Positions 37,901-51,499 are shown, numbered from the stretch's first letter. The stretch is DNA of 64,000 bases from Chrysomallon squamiferum (GCA_012295275.1 CM022673.1:186001-250000); one strand, 5' to 3'. The notes: generated by a model not told the origin, from the letters alone. Made by a program: numbers and translations.

Positions 37901-39017
37901 TCCATCCATGACATTAAAAAGAAACAAGCTGGCACCTTTCATTAAATAAAAAAAAAAAAAAAAAAGAAAGCAAGAAAATGAAACTGAATAAAATTTTTTA
38001 CAGGGCTGAAAAGGAAAAACTGGAGATAGAAAGACTGAGAAACATGACAGAAGATGAACGAAGACAGGAGTTCAGACAGAACCCAAAACAGATCACCAAC
38101 AAAGCTCCAAAGGGCAAATACAAGTTCTTACAGAAATACTACCACAGGGGTGCCTTCTTCATTGTAAGTGTTGCTTTACAAAATAATTTTACATTTTGTT
38201 GTATAAAATATATGAATACTGAATAAAAGATTGTCTTCAAAGGACAGATAAAAGTGTTTACAGAAATATTGTCACAGAGGAGCATGCTTCATAGTAAGTG
38301 TTTGCTAAACATTCAGGAATGTTGTCCCATAATTATATAAATACTCTATAAATGATTAAAAAAAAAAAATCAAATCAAATAAATAAAAAATATATTAAAA
38401 CAAATTCTCCCAAGAATAAATGCAAAGTGTTTGCATAAATATTACCACAAGGAGGCATTAGTTATTGTAAGTTGTGGACAGTTTACAAAATATTTTAGCA
38501 TTTTGTCACATAATACCAAAAATAAAGATGAAACACTTCCCATCACAACATCCAATTTTTAGAGATATTATTATATAAGAGCATTCATCATTATAAGTTG
38601 TAGACATTTAGAAGACTTTTAGTATTAAAATCATTATCATTATGTGTAAAGATACTAAATATTAAAGAATATCTCTAAGGCAAATACAAATTGTTACAGA
38701 AATATTACCAAAGATAAAAAAAATTACATTGTGTTATACATTTAACATATGGACTTTATGAATATATAAATATTTTTATTGTTTAGGTTTTAACAAACTG
38801 ATATTTCATGAAAGAATGAATACAATAATATAATTGTGTTTTTACAGCAAGATGAGGATGATAAAGTGTTCAAACAAGATTTTTCTTCACCCACACTGGA
38901 AGATCACTTTGACAAAACAATTCTGCCAAAAGTCATGCAGGTAAATATCTTTTTTTCAGTTACTTTAATATCTACAGACATTAAAAGAAATGTTTAAAAA
39001 ATAAAAAATAAAAATTT

Positions 39018-39058
<41 letters not shown>

Positions 39059-39486
39059 ATATATATATATATATATATGCATGGCCTGTAATAAAAAAAA
39101 ATTAATAATAGAAATCTTTAGGAAAAACCACCAAAGCAACAAAATAAAAAATCTAGATAAACAAAAAAAAGTTTTATTGCTTTGCTTTTTATTTGTCTGA
39201 TTAAAAATAATAATCCTCAAAAAAAAAAAAAAAAAAAAAAAATGTTTTTGATAACGACATTTTTGTTTACATTTTTCTTAAATGTGTTGTCTCGTTTATC
39301 TTTCAGGTTAAAAATTTTGGTCGGTCAGGTCGCACTAAATACACACATCTACTCGACCAAGACACAACTCAGTTTGATTCTCCGTGGATCTCAGATACAG
39401 CACAGAATCTGAAATTTCACACATCCAAGGGTGGAGGAATGAAACAAGTCTTTGAACGACCGTCAGGAAAACAACACAGAACATAA
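33952..39486 (+). CDS. MFAP1: Microfibrillar-associated protein 1, spliceosomal B-complex protein (439 aa, 10 coding exons)
   Basis: Exons 33952-34021, 34655-34883, 35282-35408, 35935-36000, 36264-36388, 36871-36979, 37494-37654, 38004-38163, 38848-38940, 39307-39486 (1320 nt). Motifs: [92 protein letters not shown]-like [33 protein letters not shown]. Confidence 0.97.
35409..35934 (+). other. Non-canonical GC-AG intron, MFAP1 intron 3
   Basis: GAG|GCGAGT is the only phase-0 donor before an in-frame TAG. It joins ..ELDEE|EIERRR.. as in MFAP1 orthologs. Confidence 0.8.
35570..35915. repeat. ~31-bp minisatellite in MFAP1 intron 3
   Basis: About 11 copies of aattatctaaatattaatgtttataatggag. 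Confidence 0.9.
36381..36715. repeat. ~30-bp degenerate tandem repeat derived from the exon 5/intron 5 junction of MFAP1
   Basis: gttagaaa|gttagtaaataatttcttatttttt is reiterated with a higher-order period of ~150 bp. Confidence 0.75.
37655..37835. repeat. Degenerate tandem repeat at the start of MFAP1 intron 7
   Basis: aaagttttatct..tatttat(catggtt)atgt units are repeated. Confidence 0.7.
38104..38715 (+). repeat. Four decayed tandem copies of the MFAP1 exon 8 3' end plus donor
   Basis: Copies at 38234-38299, 38406-38472, ~38536-38598 and ~38671-38713 align to the exon end gctccaaagggcaaatacaagttcttacagaaatactaccacaggggtgccttcttcatt|gtaagt. Confidence 0.85.
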
Positions 39487-40950
39487 ACATTTAAATCACA
39501 GTGACTAGGAAAAAGACAGTTTTTAATCTTATTACCGACATGATTTCAGTAATCAGTGAAAAAAAAAGAATTAATAACAGAGATACATTAATGATGGCTG
39601 GTTTCAAGAAGGTTCATTGTATCTTGTTTTTCAAAAACAAAAATGTTTGTGAATAGGGAAGGGTTGGTATGCAGAGTTTTTGTAAATTTGAAGAAATGTG
39701 AATGGAGAGTGGTCGGTATCCAGAGTTTTGAAAATTTGAAAAGTGTCAGATGAAAGTGGTTGGTATAAATATTCATGTCATAAATTTATAAAAAAAAAAA
39801 TAAATAAAAAAAAAAAAAAAAAAAACAACATAAGAATGGAGTCTGGATGGTTTAAGAAAATTCATTAAATTAAGAACAGGTAAGTTATGTGCGTCATAGT
39901 TAAAAAAAAAAAATAATAAAAAAAAATAACTGGATGTTGCGTGTTTATTTTATCATATATTTTATTTTTTAAAGAAACTGAAAAAACAGTGGTTGATATG
40001 TTTAGTTTCATTTTGTCTTAGAAAAAAATGTATGAATAAAGAATGTTACAGGCTTAGGAGGAAAAGTTCACGGGAAAGATTTTTTCAATTCATGATAATG
40101 TGTGTTAATTAATATAAATCAAGTTTTAAACTCCCAAAGAAGAAAAATATTTTAAACAAAGAGGTTTGAGGACAAATAAATTATTACCTATTATTAGTCG
40201 TTTAATAATGGAAAAAAAAAAAAAAAGTTTCATTACAATAAAATTTAATCATATCATATATATCAGTATTTATTTGGTTATGTTACGTAGAATTACTGTA
40301 AATGTTTGCCAGTAAAAACAAAATAAAACGCCTATAAAACTCAATCTGAATCGTCACTGCGATCTTACGAATACTGAGGTCATGGTAGACAACTCTTACT
40401 TACAGTCGCCACGTTTGTAGATAGGTATACGCCACGTTTGATCTCAAATAAATATACAACATTAGCGTTTTATTGAATTTGTGTTTGTTGTATGTTAACA
40501 TTTACTAATCCATTATCTCTTTCTCTCAAACAGATTTTCTATTGTTTAATTTTAATATTATATATATTTTTTTTTCATTTACTATAATGCCATTTGTCCG
40601 TTTATTAACAACAGGGCAAATTTTCCTTCGTTTATCAGAACGATATTAATTTTTCTGTAACGTTTTATACATTTGCTTAGTTTCAAATGGGTATTTACTA
40701 ATCTTATGTGATTTGACATCCATAATGAAGCAACATAATGGCAAATTTCCATCTCTTTCTCTTCTGATGATTTTTTTAATTTGTCTTAAATAAAGATGTG
40801 GCTTCCAAAAACCTAAGATAAAGATGAAAAAACCCAGAAAAACAAACAAGAAGTCTTGATTATTATATTTAACTAATTCATTGTTCATCATTTACGGATT
40901 TAAATGTTTTATGAACATCATCTAGAACAGAACTGTTCAAACAGACATAC

Positions 40951-40991
<41 letters not shown>

Positions 40992-41657
40992 CATTCGTAG
41001 ATCGCAAGTTTTTATCTTTCTCTTCAGATTATCTTCTTTTTCTCTGAATTTATTTTTTCTACATTTCATTATATTTCATTTCATTAATTTACACAGAAAA
41101 TGCATGTTTTCTTTATAATTATATAATCCATTATATTTCTGTCGTTCTTTGATTTTTTTTTTTGTATTTTGGATTCTGTTTCTTTCTTTCTTCGTCTTCC
41201 TTTGTTTCGAATTTAATTTTGCCTGTCACTGTTCTGATAGACTTTTATTACGAGATAAAAAGAAGAGTAATACTCATTGTATCTTTTGCAGAAGAAATAT
41301 AAAACTGCATACTTAAAGTATACATAACGAATAAATTGTCGAATAAAATTCTTTATAATTCTAAATTATTTTATTGTTCATTTCTGCCTATCATTATTCA
41401 TAACAAAGCATGATAATTAAACAATACTGTTACAACAACATTTGAACGACGCCATATTGCCTCTTCTGAATGTGTACACAGAAACGGAAATAACGATCAC
41501 GAATGGCTACCAAGCAGATAGCTGTCATGTACTGCCATAGTGGCCCCACCGTAGGGAAATCATACGGAACCATAATTAAAATTAAATTAAATACAATAAA
41601 TACAAAAATAGATATATGCTGGGTGAATCACTATCATATTAGATGCACGTAAAACAA

Positions 41658-41695
<38 letters not shown>

Positions 41696-41705
41696 AGATA
41701 AAATG

Positions 41706-41743
<38 letters not shown>

Positions 41744-42274
41744 AATAAATAAATAAAAATAGGAGTGAGTAAACGATCAGTCTATATATGTTAAATTAGA
41801 AACATTTACGTAATTCTTCAGGCAACGCGAAGAATTACAACATCAGTGGAAACTGATCACAGTCCAAACCCATATATCTAATTAAACAAACATTTTTGTG
41901 TGTGTGTGTGTGTGTGTTTTTTTGCTTCATTCATTGTTTATCAGTTTAAAATCATATTTTAGTATCTTTTTTTTTTTTTTTTTTTTCTAACAGCAGAGAG
42001 AGAGAGAGGACTGAAACAGATCAAAATAAAATGAACATTTGTGAATGCATTTTGGTTACAATAAATATATAAAATTAGTAATGAAATTTAGAAGAAAAAA
42101 AAAAGCTTGTAGACCGAAATAACACTGGCTGCTAATCATGGTTAACAAATATTGCAAATGAATAAACATCAATAAAATATAAATAAATTAAAAAAATAAA
42201 AAAATTATAAACAAATAATCAAATACGCATAAATAAACAATACAAAAAAAAATAATATATATAAAGGAATATAG

Positions 42275-42309
<35 letters not shown>

Positions 42310-42514
42310 ATGCTGCAAAATTTACGTAAACCAATGAACCAAAATAAAATTTAAAATTACCTGCTAGTTACAGCTGCAAGAAAATAACAAAACGAACAGC
42401 ACTTGTAATTATAAAAGTGAACAGTGACTACTATCAAATAGAAATACCCATTACGTTAATGGAAAATGAATTCGGTGTCTGACACCATCAGTTTCTTAGA
42501 AAATGTTACGTTTG

Positions 42515-42610
42515 TACTACAGTGTATTTAATATATTACCAATACTGATTAGCAATTTGATATTTCAAATCGTTAATCAGTATTGGTAATATATTAAATA
42601 CACTGTAGTA
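42515..42610. repeat. 96-bp near-perfect palindrome (probable foldback Tc1/mariner-type MITE)
   Basis: 46-bp arms with 2 mismatches and a 4-nt loop (tatt). Ends read TA-CAGTG...CACTG-TA. Confidence 0.85.
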
Positions 42611-45014
42611 TAATGTTACTGAACGAAAGCATTAATACGTACAGGTTTGACCTTCAAAATCATAGGTGTTATTCTCATTAACATATGAGCGTCAGATAAA
42701 AATGACTGAAGAGTGGATTATTGTTTGTCCGTGTAAATTATATGTTGCCGCAAAGCTGCATTATTAACAAAATAATAAAAACATACTCCGCATGTATGCA
42801 AAAATAGTTTTAGAAATGAAAATACATCGAGCAAACACGCACTCTTTTCATTCAGATAGCAGTTAGGAGAAATTACCTTTTTGAACTGTAGTGTATATTT
42901 TTATCATGCAATTTAGTAATCACGGAAATGTTCCCCCGAATTGTTTGTGTGAGTAAATTACTATCATTACGACTACTACAACTTGCATGATTAATTACAC
43001 GAAGAAACAGAAATGTGTGGTCAGTAAGAGATGAACTGCTTCGTTGCTTTTATTTAAATAAGAAAAGGAACTGAACAAGAAACGAAAATCTAAATCTCAT
43101 ATTTGAATATCTATCTTCTAGGCTTTGAACAGTAAATATTTTCATTAATAAAAATTAAGGTATCAAGTGAAATTGATTTTATTGTGATTATTATTATTAT
43201 TATTATTATTATAGTAGTTATTATAGTAGTTATTGTTTGAATATGTATCTTTAATTTTTTTCTTTCTGTGTGCTTATAGTGTTTACTGGTAAGAATTATG
43301 TTATTTTTAGATAACATACGAGTCGAACTGGCCTTAACAGTACTATTATTAAATATGCAAGCGTAATAGCTAATTTGTTTACCGAATGACACCGTCTATC
43401 TTCACTCCTTTACCGCACCTACATGCCCTGACAAGTTTATTAAAAACGTAGGTGATATATTTGCTAATGATAATCACCACTAATAAGCTTCCGCACTGAT
43501 CTGATTCCAGCATGAAGCAGGGAGTCTCATTAAACTCCAGTTCAAAAGGCGATGCCGCTACGTTAATTGATAGCTGTCTGTATTAATTCATTTGCATACA
43601 GCGTTATACGATTCTTTTGTGAGGAACAAGGAACCTGCCATTCGTCCATTCCATAACAGATCGTTGGCGCAGCGTCATGATTACTTCATTGCTAAATCGA
43701 CGAGAATAGATCGAGTACAAAATGTTCCATGACATTTTGGAATTCCCTGGAGAACGTTTTCGCCTCTGTATCAAACGTGACGCACGGATGGTGTTGGGAG
43801 TTTTGTTTTTGCATAACAATCGAATAAGTTCAAAAATATTTTTTAAAAAAAGAAAAAATTAATTACCTTACAAATATGAGAGTGATACGACAAAGTATTC
43901 GTAACATAGACATTTTGTATATATGTTTGTATGCATGCACTTGTGTATTTGTGTGTGTTTATGTGTGTATATGTACGTGTCTGTATGTATTTATGTATAT
44001 ATTATTAAAACCTGTGTATTTCTGAGATGGTTTTTACAATAATATTCTGTACATTTAGTTATATTAAATAACAACTAAAAATAATAGTTCATATTTTACC
44101 TACTCGAATTTCTTTTTGCAAGTTATCTTTTTGCTTTAAACTGATACATAAGAAAAAAATCGTTGCTGTAATGAAACTAATTTCTTTGAATAAGATTACG
44201 GTAAGGATCATTAAAAGCGTTATCCAATCACAGATAGTTTTATTAATAACATAGATAATGGCGTTATTTTTGTAATTAATGGCCGGATGTGCAGTTACGG
44301 ATACTAAAATATTTAAATACTGATAAAGATTTTTTTTTTTTTTGTTTTGTTGTTGCTAAATTCGTTTCATTTTTCCAATACTCGGTTACACTCGATTTAA
44401 TAGAGTTAAAAATATTTGATTTAAAAATAAACAACAATCTTTCTAAAGGTAATCAGCATTTCCACTTGATACGTCTTTGATCAGTCTGCTTCGTTATCTC
44501 ACGGCACTTACCCGCGTTTAAATATCGATATTATATATATAACGCACACATCTCTTTGGAACGACACACACACATACACACTTTTCACATCTTTTATATA
44601 ACAAACAGGAATAAATATTCACAAAACTGTTCCAAAAATAAGAAATCAAATTTGCTGTTGCTGTTATAGGCTTTGTTGAAGAATTTTAAACAAGTCGAAA
44701 TATTATATATTGATCAAACAAGCAGTTAAAACGAGTCACGTAAGAAGGAAACAGTCCAGGAGTTTTGACTGTCTGCACAAGAGTATGTTAACTGATTTAA
44801 TCTTTTACGTTTACCCAAAATAAGGATGGGATTCGTTCCGGGTACCTAAGTCTGCTGTGTCCACTCATTTTAACCTCTGATCAATGGAAACAGTAAATGT
44901 ATAGAACAATAATAAATTCTGTGGGTGGAAAAAAAACCTAAATAAATGAAGTCTAGAAACCATGCAACCTAATACTAATACTAGTAATAGCATGAAGAAG
45001 AAGAAGAAGAAGAA

Positions 45015-45245
45015 AGTTAGTCAGGTATAGATAAACTGCTTGTTTGAGACGTTGTAGACCAAGGATCAATACCTAGAACCGCTGTTGGATATTTTACAAT
45101 TTGATCTGCCATACTATACTTCAAACGATGATTTCTATCTGCCTGTCGTTAGATCTGTGTTTAAATTAACATTATGAACACATTAGTTTGACACTTTTAA
45201 TCTGTTGATATAAAAATACGTCGAGGTGTCCTTAAACACTCATAT
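45015..45245 (+). mobile_element. Degenerate tRNA-derived SINE-like copy
   Basis: tRNA-like head remnant (ggatcaatacc) and a tail tttgacac...gaggtgtccttaaacactcat resembling gastropod SINE ends (from memory). Confidence 0.35.
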
Positions 45246-45808
45246 ACTAGAGGGATAATAATGGCTGAAATGCGACTACATCATTACTGATGACTTACGA
45301 AATCCGAGTACGGCCACGAAAATTGTTTTCAAGTCTTGCATTAACTGGGCTAATAATATTCCACCATTGTACTTGTCGATGTATTTGCAAGAGTCAAAAA
45401 AAAAAAAAAAAAATAAAAAATTAAAGAAAGAAAAAGAAATAAGGAAGAAGAAGAAAAGATAACAGCTAGCACCGATTCATAATTTTTAGTTTTTGTGTAG
45501 CATGGTTTAAATTACAGGTTTGTAATATTACAGCATTAGAGAGCTCGTTTCCGTCAAGCTTGAGGTTTCCGTTCATGTGACAGGAATAAATTGAAGGAAA
45601 CCTAGATTAAAGAGCAATACCAGCGAAGTAAAAAAAAACATTTAAAAAAAAAAAACAAAAAAAAAAAAAAATAATAATAATAATAATAATAAAATAGTTT
45701 GTCAGTATATCAAGTTTTGTTTAAATGTGCAAAATCATAGTGTTAAAAATGTTACAGTAAGTGATTGTTGAGTTCATTTAATCAGGAACTACTGAATGTT
45801 ATTTATTT

Positions 45809-45856
<48 letters not shown>

Positions 45857-47300
45857 CCGTTATAGCAGAAGTGCGTATAGGTAATTATAATCAAACATAA
45901 ATTTTGTGCGTTAATATTTATTCATCTAACAGTTTTAGAATTTATATAATAATCTATTTAATATTCAGTTATTTCTGAAAGTGCTCCAAAATTATTAACA
46001 AATATTTTTGCCATTTCTTTTTAAAGTTACTTAATCAATTTATCATCATCATCATCATCATCATCATTACATGTAAGTCATTTTATTTATTAATGATATC
46101 TTCAAACTGAGATGACCACCGGAGCCATACCGATACAAATTAAATCAAATCGTATTTTTAAATTTTTATTTAAACTTTCCAGTTTCACGACCGACTACGA
46201 ACTAGAACCGAGGCACTGACTGGAAAATAAAACAGCCCTGTCTGGATAACTCAGCCTTAAACCAATCACAGCGAATATCGAACTCTTTAAAGACTGTGCT
46301 ATAACCACCATCTTGTCGTAAAATCTGGAACTGTGCTTTAAGTCACTGCCAGAAAGTTTTAAACAGGAATAATTACTTAAAACTTACAAATTAATCAAAT
46401 TATTTCGACATATAACAGTGAACGAAAATTTAGTTAACAGTTTCTCAGTGTTAAATTGATTAAAACAAGGCAGACAACTTGACTGTGTCATTGTCATTCC
46501 ACTGCAGATAAATTTAGAAAACAGGATGCACGAATCAGATCCACGACGAATTTATTTAATAAGGGAACGCCAAAAAAAAAAAAAAAGAAAAAAAAAGAGA
46601 GAACAGACAGAAGTTAAAAAAAAAAAAAAAAAAATTAAAGTTAGTAGACACAAATAAATATTACAACACTTATTTATTATTGTTGTTATTACTATTTAAA
46701 AATATCGATATATTTAACACAACATTTCGATATTTTAATAATAATAATGTTGATGATGATGATGATGATGATGATAATAATAATAACAAATAATAATAAT
46801 AATAGTATATTAAATAAAATGTAGTTGTTAAGCTCAGTTCATCATCGTAAGTGTGTGTGTGTAAAACATAAAACCAAGTTAAATGACTAAAACGAAACAA
46901 TTTTGTTTACATCTATTTTTCTCTTTGATATACACCATTTTAACTCGAATGAAATACCAAATATAAAAAAAGAAGAATTAAAGCTTTATTCTGACACAGA
47001 ATTCTTAAACTGTTTCACGGCATTGTCTCGATGATCGATAACAGTGTTTATAAATTATTTTCTGAATATCGTTCCTGGCTAAGGGATTAACTGGAATTCG
47101 CAGAGGTTGAGTTATTTTATTTTCGTGACTGTGTATATTTCTGTCACTGAGAATAAACAGACTGCATCGTTTTCTGTTGTTATCTGTATTAAACTAATCC
47201 GTTAAATGTTAAAAAAATAACTGCTAATTCCACATATAGGATCCGTGTCATAGCATAAAATATCTGTGTGTATATAATATGTATGTATATATGCAATACG

Positions 47301-47348
<48 letters not shown>

Positions 47349-48139
47349 TACACGCACACCACACACAAAAACACACACACATTCATACATATAATACGCA
47401 AATACGTTCATACATAAGCGTGCACGCATACATATATCTAAGTGTACACTGGTACGTGGATTTTATTTGTGTGTGCTTGTTTGTGTATATAGATTAAAAC
47501 AAACAAAAATACATACATAAGCATTATTCTGGAGATAGTAACTGATATGTTCACTCAGTTTCGCATTTACTACGTCGTACAGTTCCTGTATTAGTGTATC
47601 ATTTTAGCCATGATAAATCACCATTTCTCGAATTCGTCCTGAAAAACAGCAACAGTCTCTGAAGGTAAAACGAAAAATACTTTAAAATATCAAATTTCTT
47701 TACAGTTAGAAAGAAGAATACGAGATGACCATTAATAAACCTAAGTTGATATAAACGACAATGGACAAATACATTGGCTAGTGAACATTGTTTTTGTTTG
47801 TGTATGTGTGTGTGTGTAATTGTGTGTGTATGTGTGTGTGTTTGACTGTGTTTGTGTGTGTGTTTGTTTTGTGTCTATATGCTGCATGTAACTGTAAAAG
47901 ACAATTAAAATCTGATTCTTGCAGATTATTATACTGTGTGCAGGAAAAAAAAAATGTTGAAAATTGATATACCAAGAGCTGAATAAATGAAAAAACATGT
48001 TCGGAATACAAACAAAACTCGCTGAATTATTTCTTGACCCTTCCGTTATATATATATATACACGCAAGGGATTTCTTTTTACGTAAGCTATAAATCAGTC
48101 ACGGACTACTTGCAGAAATAGAAAATGCAATGATAGCGT

Positions 48140-48203
48140 ATAGATCCCACGCCCTATCGCATCATGGTCGAGTGTTCTAACCACCGAGTTACACCCCCGA
48201 TCC
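48140..48203 (-). mobile_element. tRNA-derived SINE head fragment
   Basis: The reverse strand ggggtgtaactcggtggttagaacactcgaccatgatgcgatagggcgtgggatc has an A-box and a decayed B-box. It is not an intact tRNA cloverleaf. Confidence 0.45.
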
Positions 48204-48653
48204 ACGTTTGTAATAAGACAGACGAAGTGTTAAATGTATATCGTGATAATAACTCATTCTATGATGATGATATTAGTATACCAATTGTCTGCCTACTATA
48301 ATAAACAGATAATCTTCTTAAACAATCAACCGATCCAAGAACATTCACTTTCGCTGCTCAGACACAAATAATTGCTGTTTTAACAGAACTTTGCGTTAAA
48401 TCAGATTACGCTGGCTTATAGAAATAGCTTTGAACATTTTCGTAATAGCATATTAGTGTTAAAATTATTTTTTTTTTACGACAACTCATACAAGACATTT
48501 GTTAAAACGTCTATCATTCCAAGATCTATGAAATGACGTCACAAACTGAAAACCGAGGAGTAATTATTATTATTATAATAATAATAAAATAGCTGTATTC
48601 CTTTGTTTTATACACGTTAGTCATAGAAGGTTGTCCTATGTCCAAAATAAATA

Positions 48654-48702
<49 letters not shown>

Positions 48703-49310
48703 GCAAATAGATAAATAAATAAAGAAATAAATAAATAAAGAAAGAAAGAAAGAAAGAAAGAAGAAACTGTTAGCAACTGAAAGCACTCACCGGCCAATTA
48801 ACGACGTGGGTAAGTTTCAATCCATTATACTGGCAGATGCCGCCATCATAAGCTATACGACCATTAGACCTTCTCGTGTTTTTAACTGACTCTTTAACAT
48901 AGCAAAACTTTCTTGACATTCGAAACTCCTGCACTGCACGCCCGTACATATTTACATACATATTCATCGATATATTTACACAACTAAATTTACTAACTAC
49001 ACAAAGAAAACAAAAAGAATCACAAAATATTTGTTTTTTGTTTTTTGCTTCACTACACTGGTAGCCAAAATCATTTTAGTTTTTACACATTTTATAACTT
49101 TTTCTAGTAATCTGTTTCTTTGTAATTTGTTTCTAAATCGTTGTTCTTTTTTTTTTAATGTATTAAACGTATTTTACATACATTAAACCTTTGTCAGCAG
49201 CTGTGTATGAACATATTAAATAACACTTATATGTAGTTTATCATCTAATTTAATAGTAATAATATAATTTTATACTTACTAGAAAAAAATAATTATTGTA
49301 CATATCGAAA

Positions 49311-49363
<53 letters not shown>

Positions 49364-50489
49364 TTCATTTCTCCAGTTAAAAAATGTCAGAGAAAAAAAT
49401 ATATGTGTAACCGGGGTGTAGTAAATTCAGTACTGTATTCATAGTATGCTGAGAAAAAAAAAAGAAAAAATACACCAGTATATTATTAGTTAGCTGAACA
49501 CATCTCTTTGATTTGTTTATGCAAAATTCTTCTTTAAGCAAGTTTGAAAAGAAAGTATAATATTGTTACAGAAAATCCAGTTAACTAATTATCTACATAT
49601 GCATACATACATATATACATTAAATACCTACAAACATACATACATACATACATACCTACATACGTACATATATACCTACAAACATAGATACATACATTAC
49701 ATACCTACATGCATACGTTATATACCTTCGAACATACATACATACATATATACAAACATACGTATGTACATATATACATACAAACGTCCATACTTAGATA
49801 TACATTCGTAGATACAGACATCTAGCCTCTCAATAATTCTCTGTCACTGTAAAGAAATTAAGCATTTTAAAGTATTTCTCATTGTAACTTCTGATGCTAT
49901 TACCGTTTATCATGGAATATTCGACAAAATGATGATATATTACATGTGTGTGATTAAAATGTAATAATATATTAACAAAACTAATAAAATAATAGAAAAC
50001 ACAGAAAAATAAGAAAGTAACCGCTATGCCCCGACTAATAATGGCATTTACCTATAATTAGATATAAATATTTGTGTTAATAAAAGCAATTAATGGCAGT
50101 GTCTATAAACTAAAGAATATATACGTTCTATAACTTTTGTTATACTTAAATGTGTATGTACAAATATAATGCTGTATTTAACGTTTTGTCTATATTTTGA
50201 TGTCTGATTGTTGATACCTCTGTCAGTTTATCTGTATGTTTGACTCTCCGACTATAATTCTACTACCCCTGCAAAATTTTACATATGAGCATATATATTT
50301 GCACATACATACGAGCATAATAGGATAATTGGTGTATATCTGTATGTATTTAAACCTTTTATCACTTTTAGTCTTCACCTTTTTGTCTGTTTCCTCACGT
50401 TAGAAATGTATATGTATCTGCCTATAGAATGTTAAGTGTATAGAATGCTATTTTTTCCCCTCTATTATCAGTATTCTATGCATCCCTTT

Positions 50490-50960
50490 GTATTAAAGAT
50501 TATGTGTATCCTGTCTATAATTAACTACGTGCCTTCCTCTATTCAAAAGGTTCTGTGTATCCTTTCTGTAAGTGGCTACGTGCCTTCCTCTATTCAAAAG
50601 GTTTTGTGTATTCTCTCTATAATTAGCTACGTACTTTCCTCTATTCAAAAGGTTTTGTGTATTCTCTCTATAATTAGCTACGTGCCTTCATCTATTCAAA
50701 AAGTTATATGTATCCTGTTTATAATTACCTACGTGTCTTCTATTCAAAAGGTTATGTGTATCCTGTCCTTTATAAGTCAAGTGCCTTCCTCTATAACGAA
50801 GTTATGTGTAAGCTGCCTATAAAAAGGTACCTACCTCTCTCACTAAAACGTTATGTGATTTCAGTATTTAAAAAAAAGTTATGTGCTTCCCTCTCAGTGA
50901 AAAATAATGTGTATCCTGTCTAAAAGAAAGTCGCGTGCTTCTGTGACTACAGAAAGGTTC
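50490..50960. repeat. 51-bp minisatellite (~8-9 copies, decaying 3')
   Basis: Unit tctattcaaaaggttttgtgtattctctctataattagctacgtgccttcc. TACGT[G/A] recurs exactly every 51 bp (50526, 50577, 50628, 50679, 50730). Confidence 0.92.
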
Positions 50961-51499
50961 ATACTGTTGATACAGCCATTGAGATATGAGCAGATACTGA
51001 GTATCTAAACTTTTATTCAGGTTTTTTTTTTTTTTTTAAAGTTTTGTTCAGTTAAATTATTATTTTGACTAAGTAATGGAATTTACAGCAAGTATAACTA
51101 TGTTGTTAGTTGTTCACTTCCTATAATCTCATTGACGAAATATAAAACGTGCGTATTGAGTGAAAAGAGAACAACGTAAAGAACCGTTTTCCGCCCACAG
51201 TACATAATTGAGGAAGATTACTGTTCTGTGAAAATACATTGTTGATCAGAAAACAGATCCCACACACTGTAAAGAAAGCGACTAAGGAAGAAAAAATATG
51301 AATTTCATTGATGTTTCTATAAACATTTGTATGTATTTTTGCGTGCGCGCGTGCGTTTGTAGGCAACGTGACTGATGTACGAATGTACATGAGTATATTT
51401 AAAGTGGGTTCGTCGACATCAAATAAAATCAAGCAAGAAATCTCAATAGTTTTCCCTTTTTACTACTAATATCGATTTACTTATTATTTGTTCAGAGAT

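Noticed and set aside
48140-48203. tRNA gene
   Set aside because: The B-box and acceptor stem are degenerate, so it was treated as a SINE head instead.
50436-50822. 128-aa ORF with a 17-aa repeat (SSIQKVLCILSIISYVP)
   Set aside because: It is open only because the unit is 51 bp and stop-free in one frame. There are no convincing splice signals and the array decays with indels.
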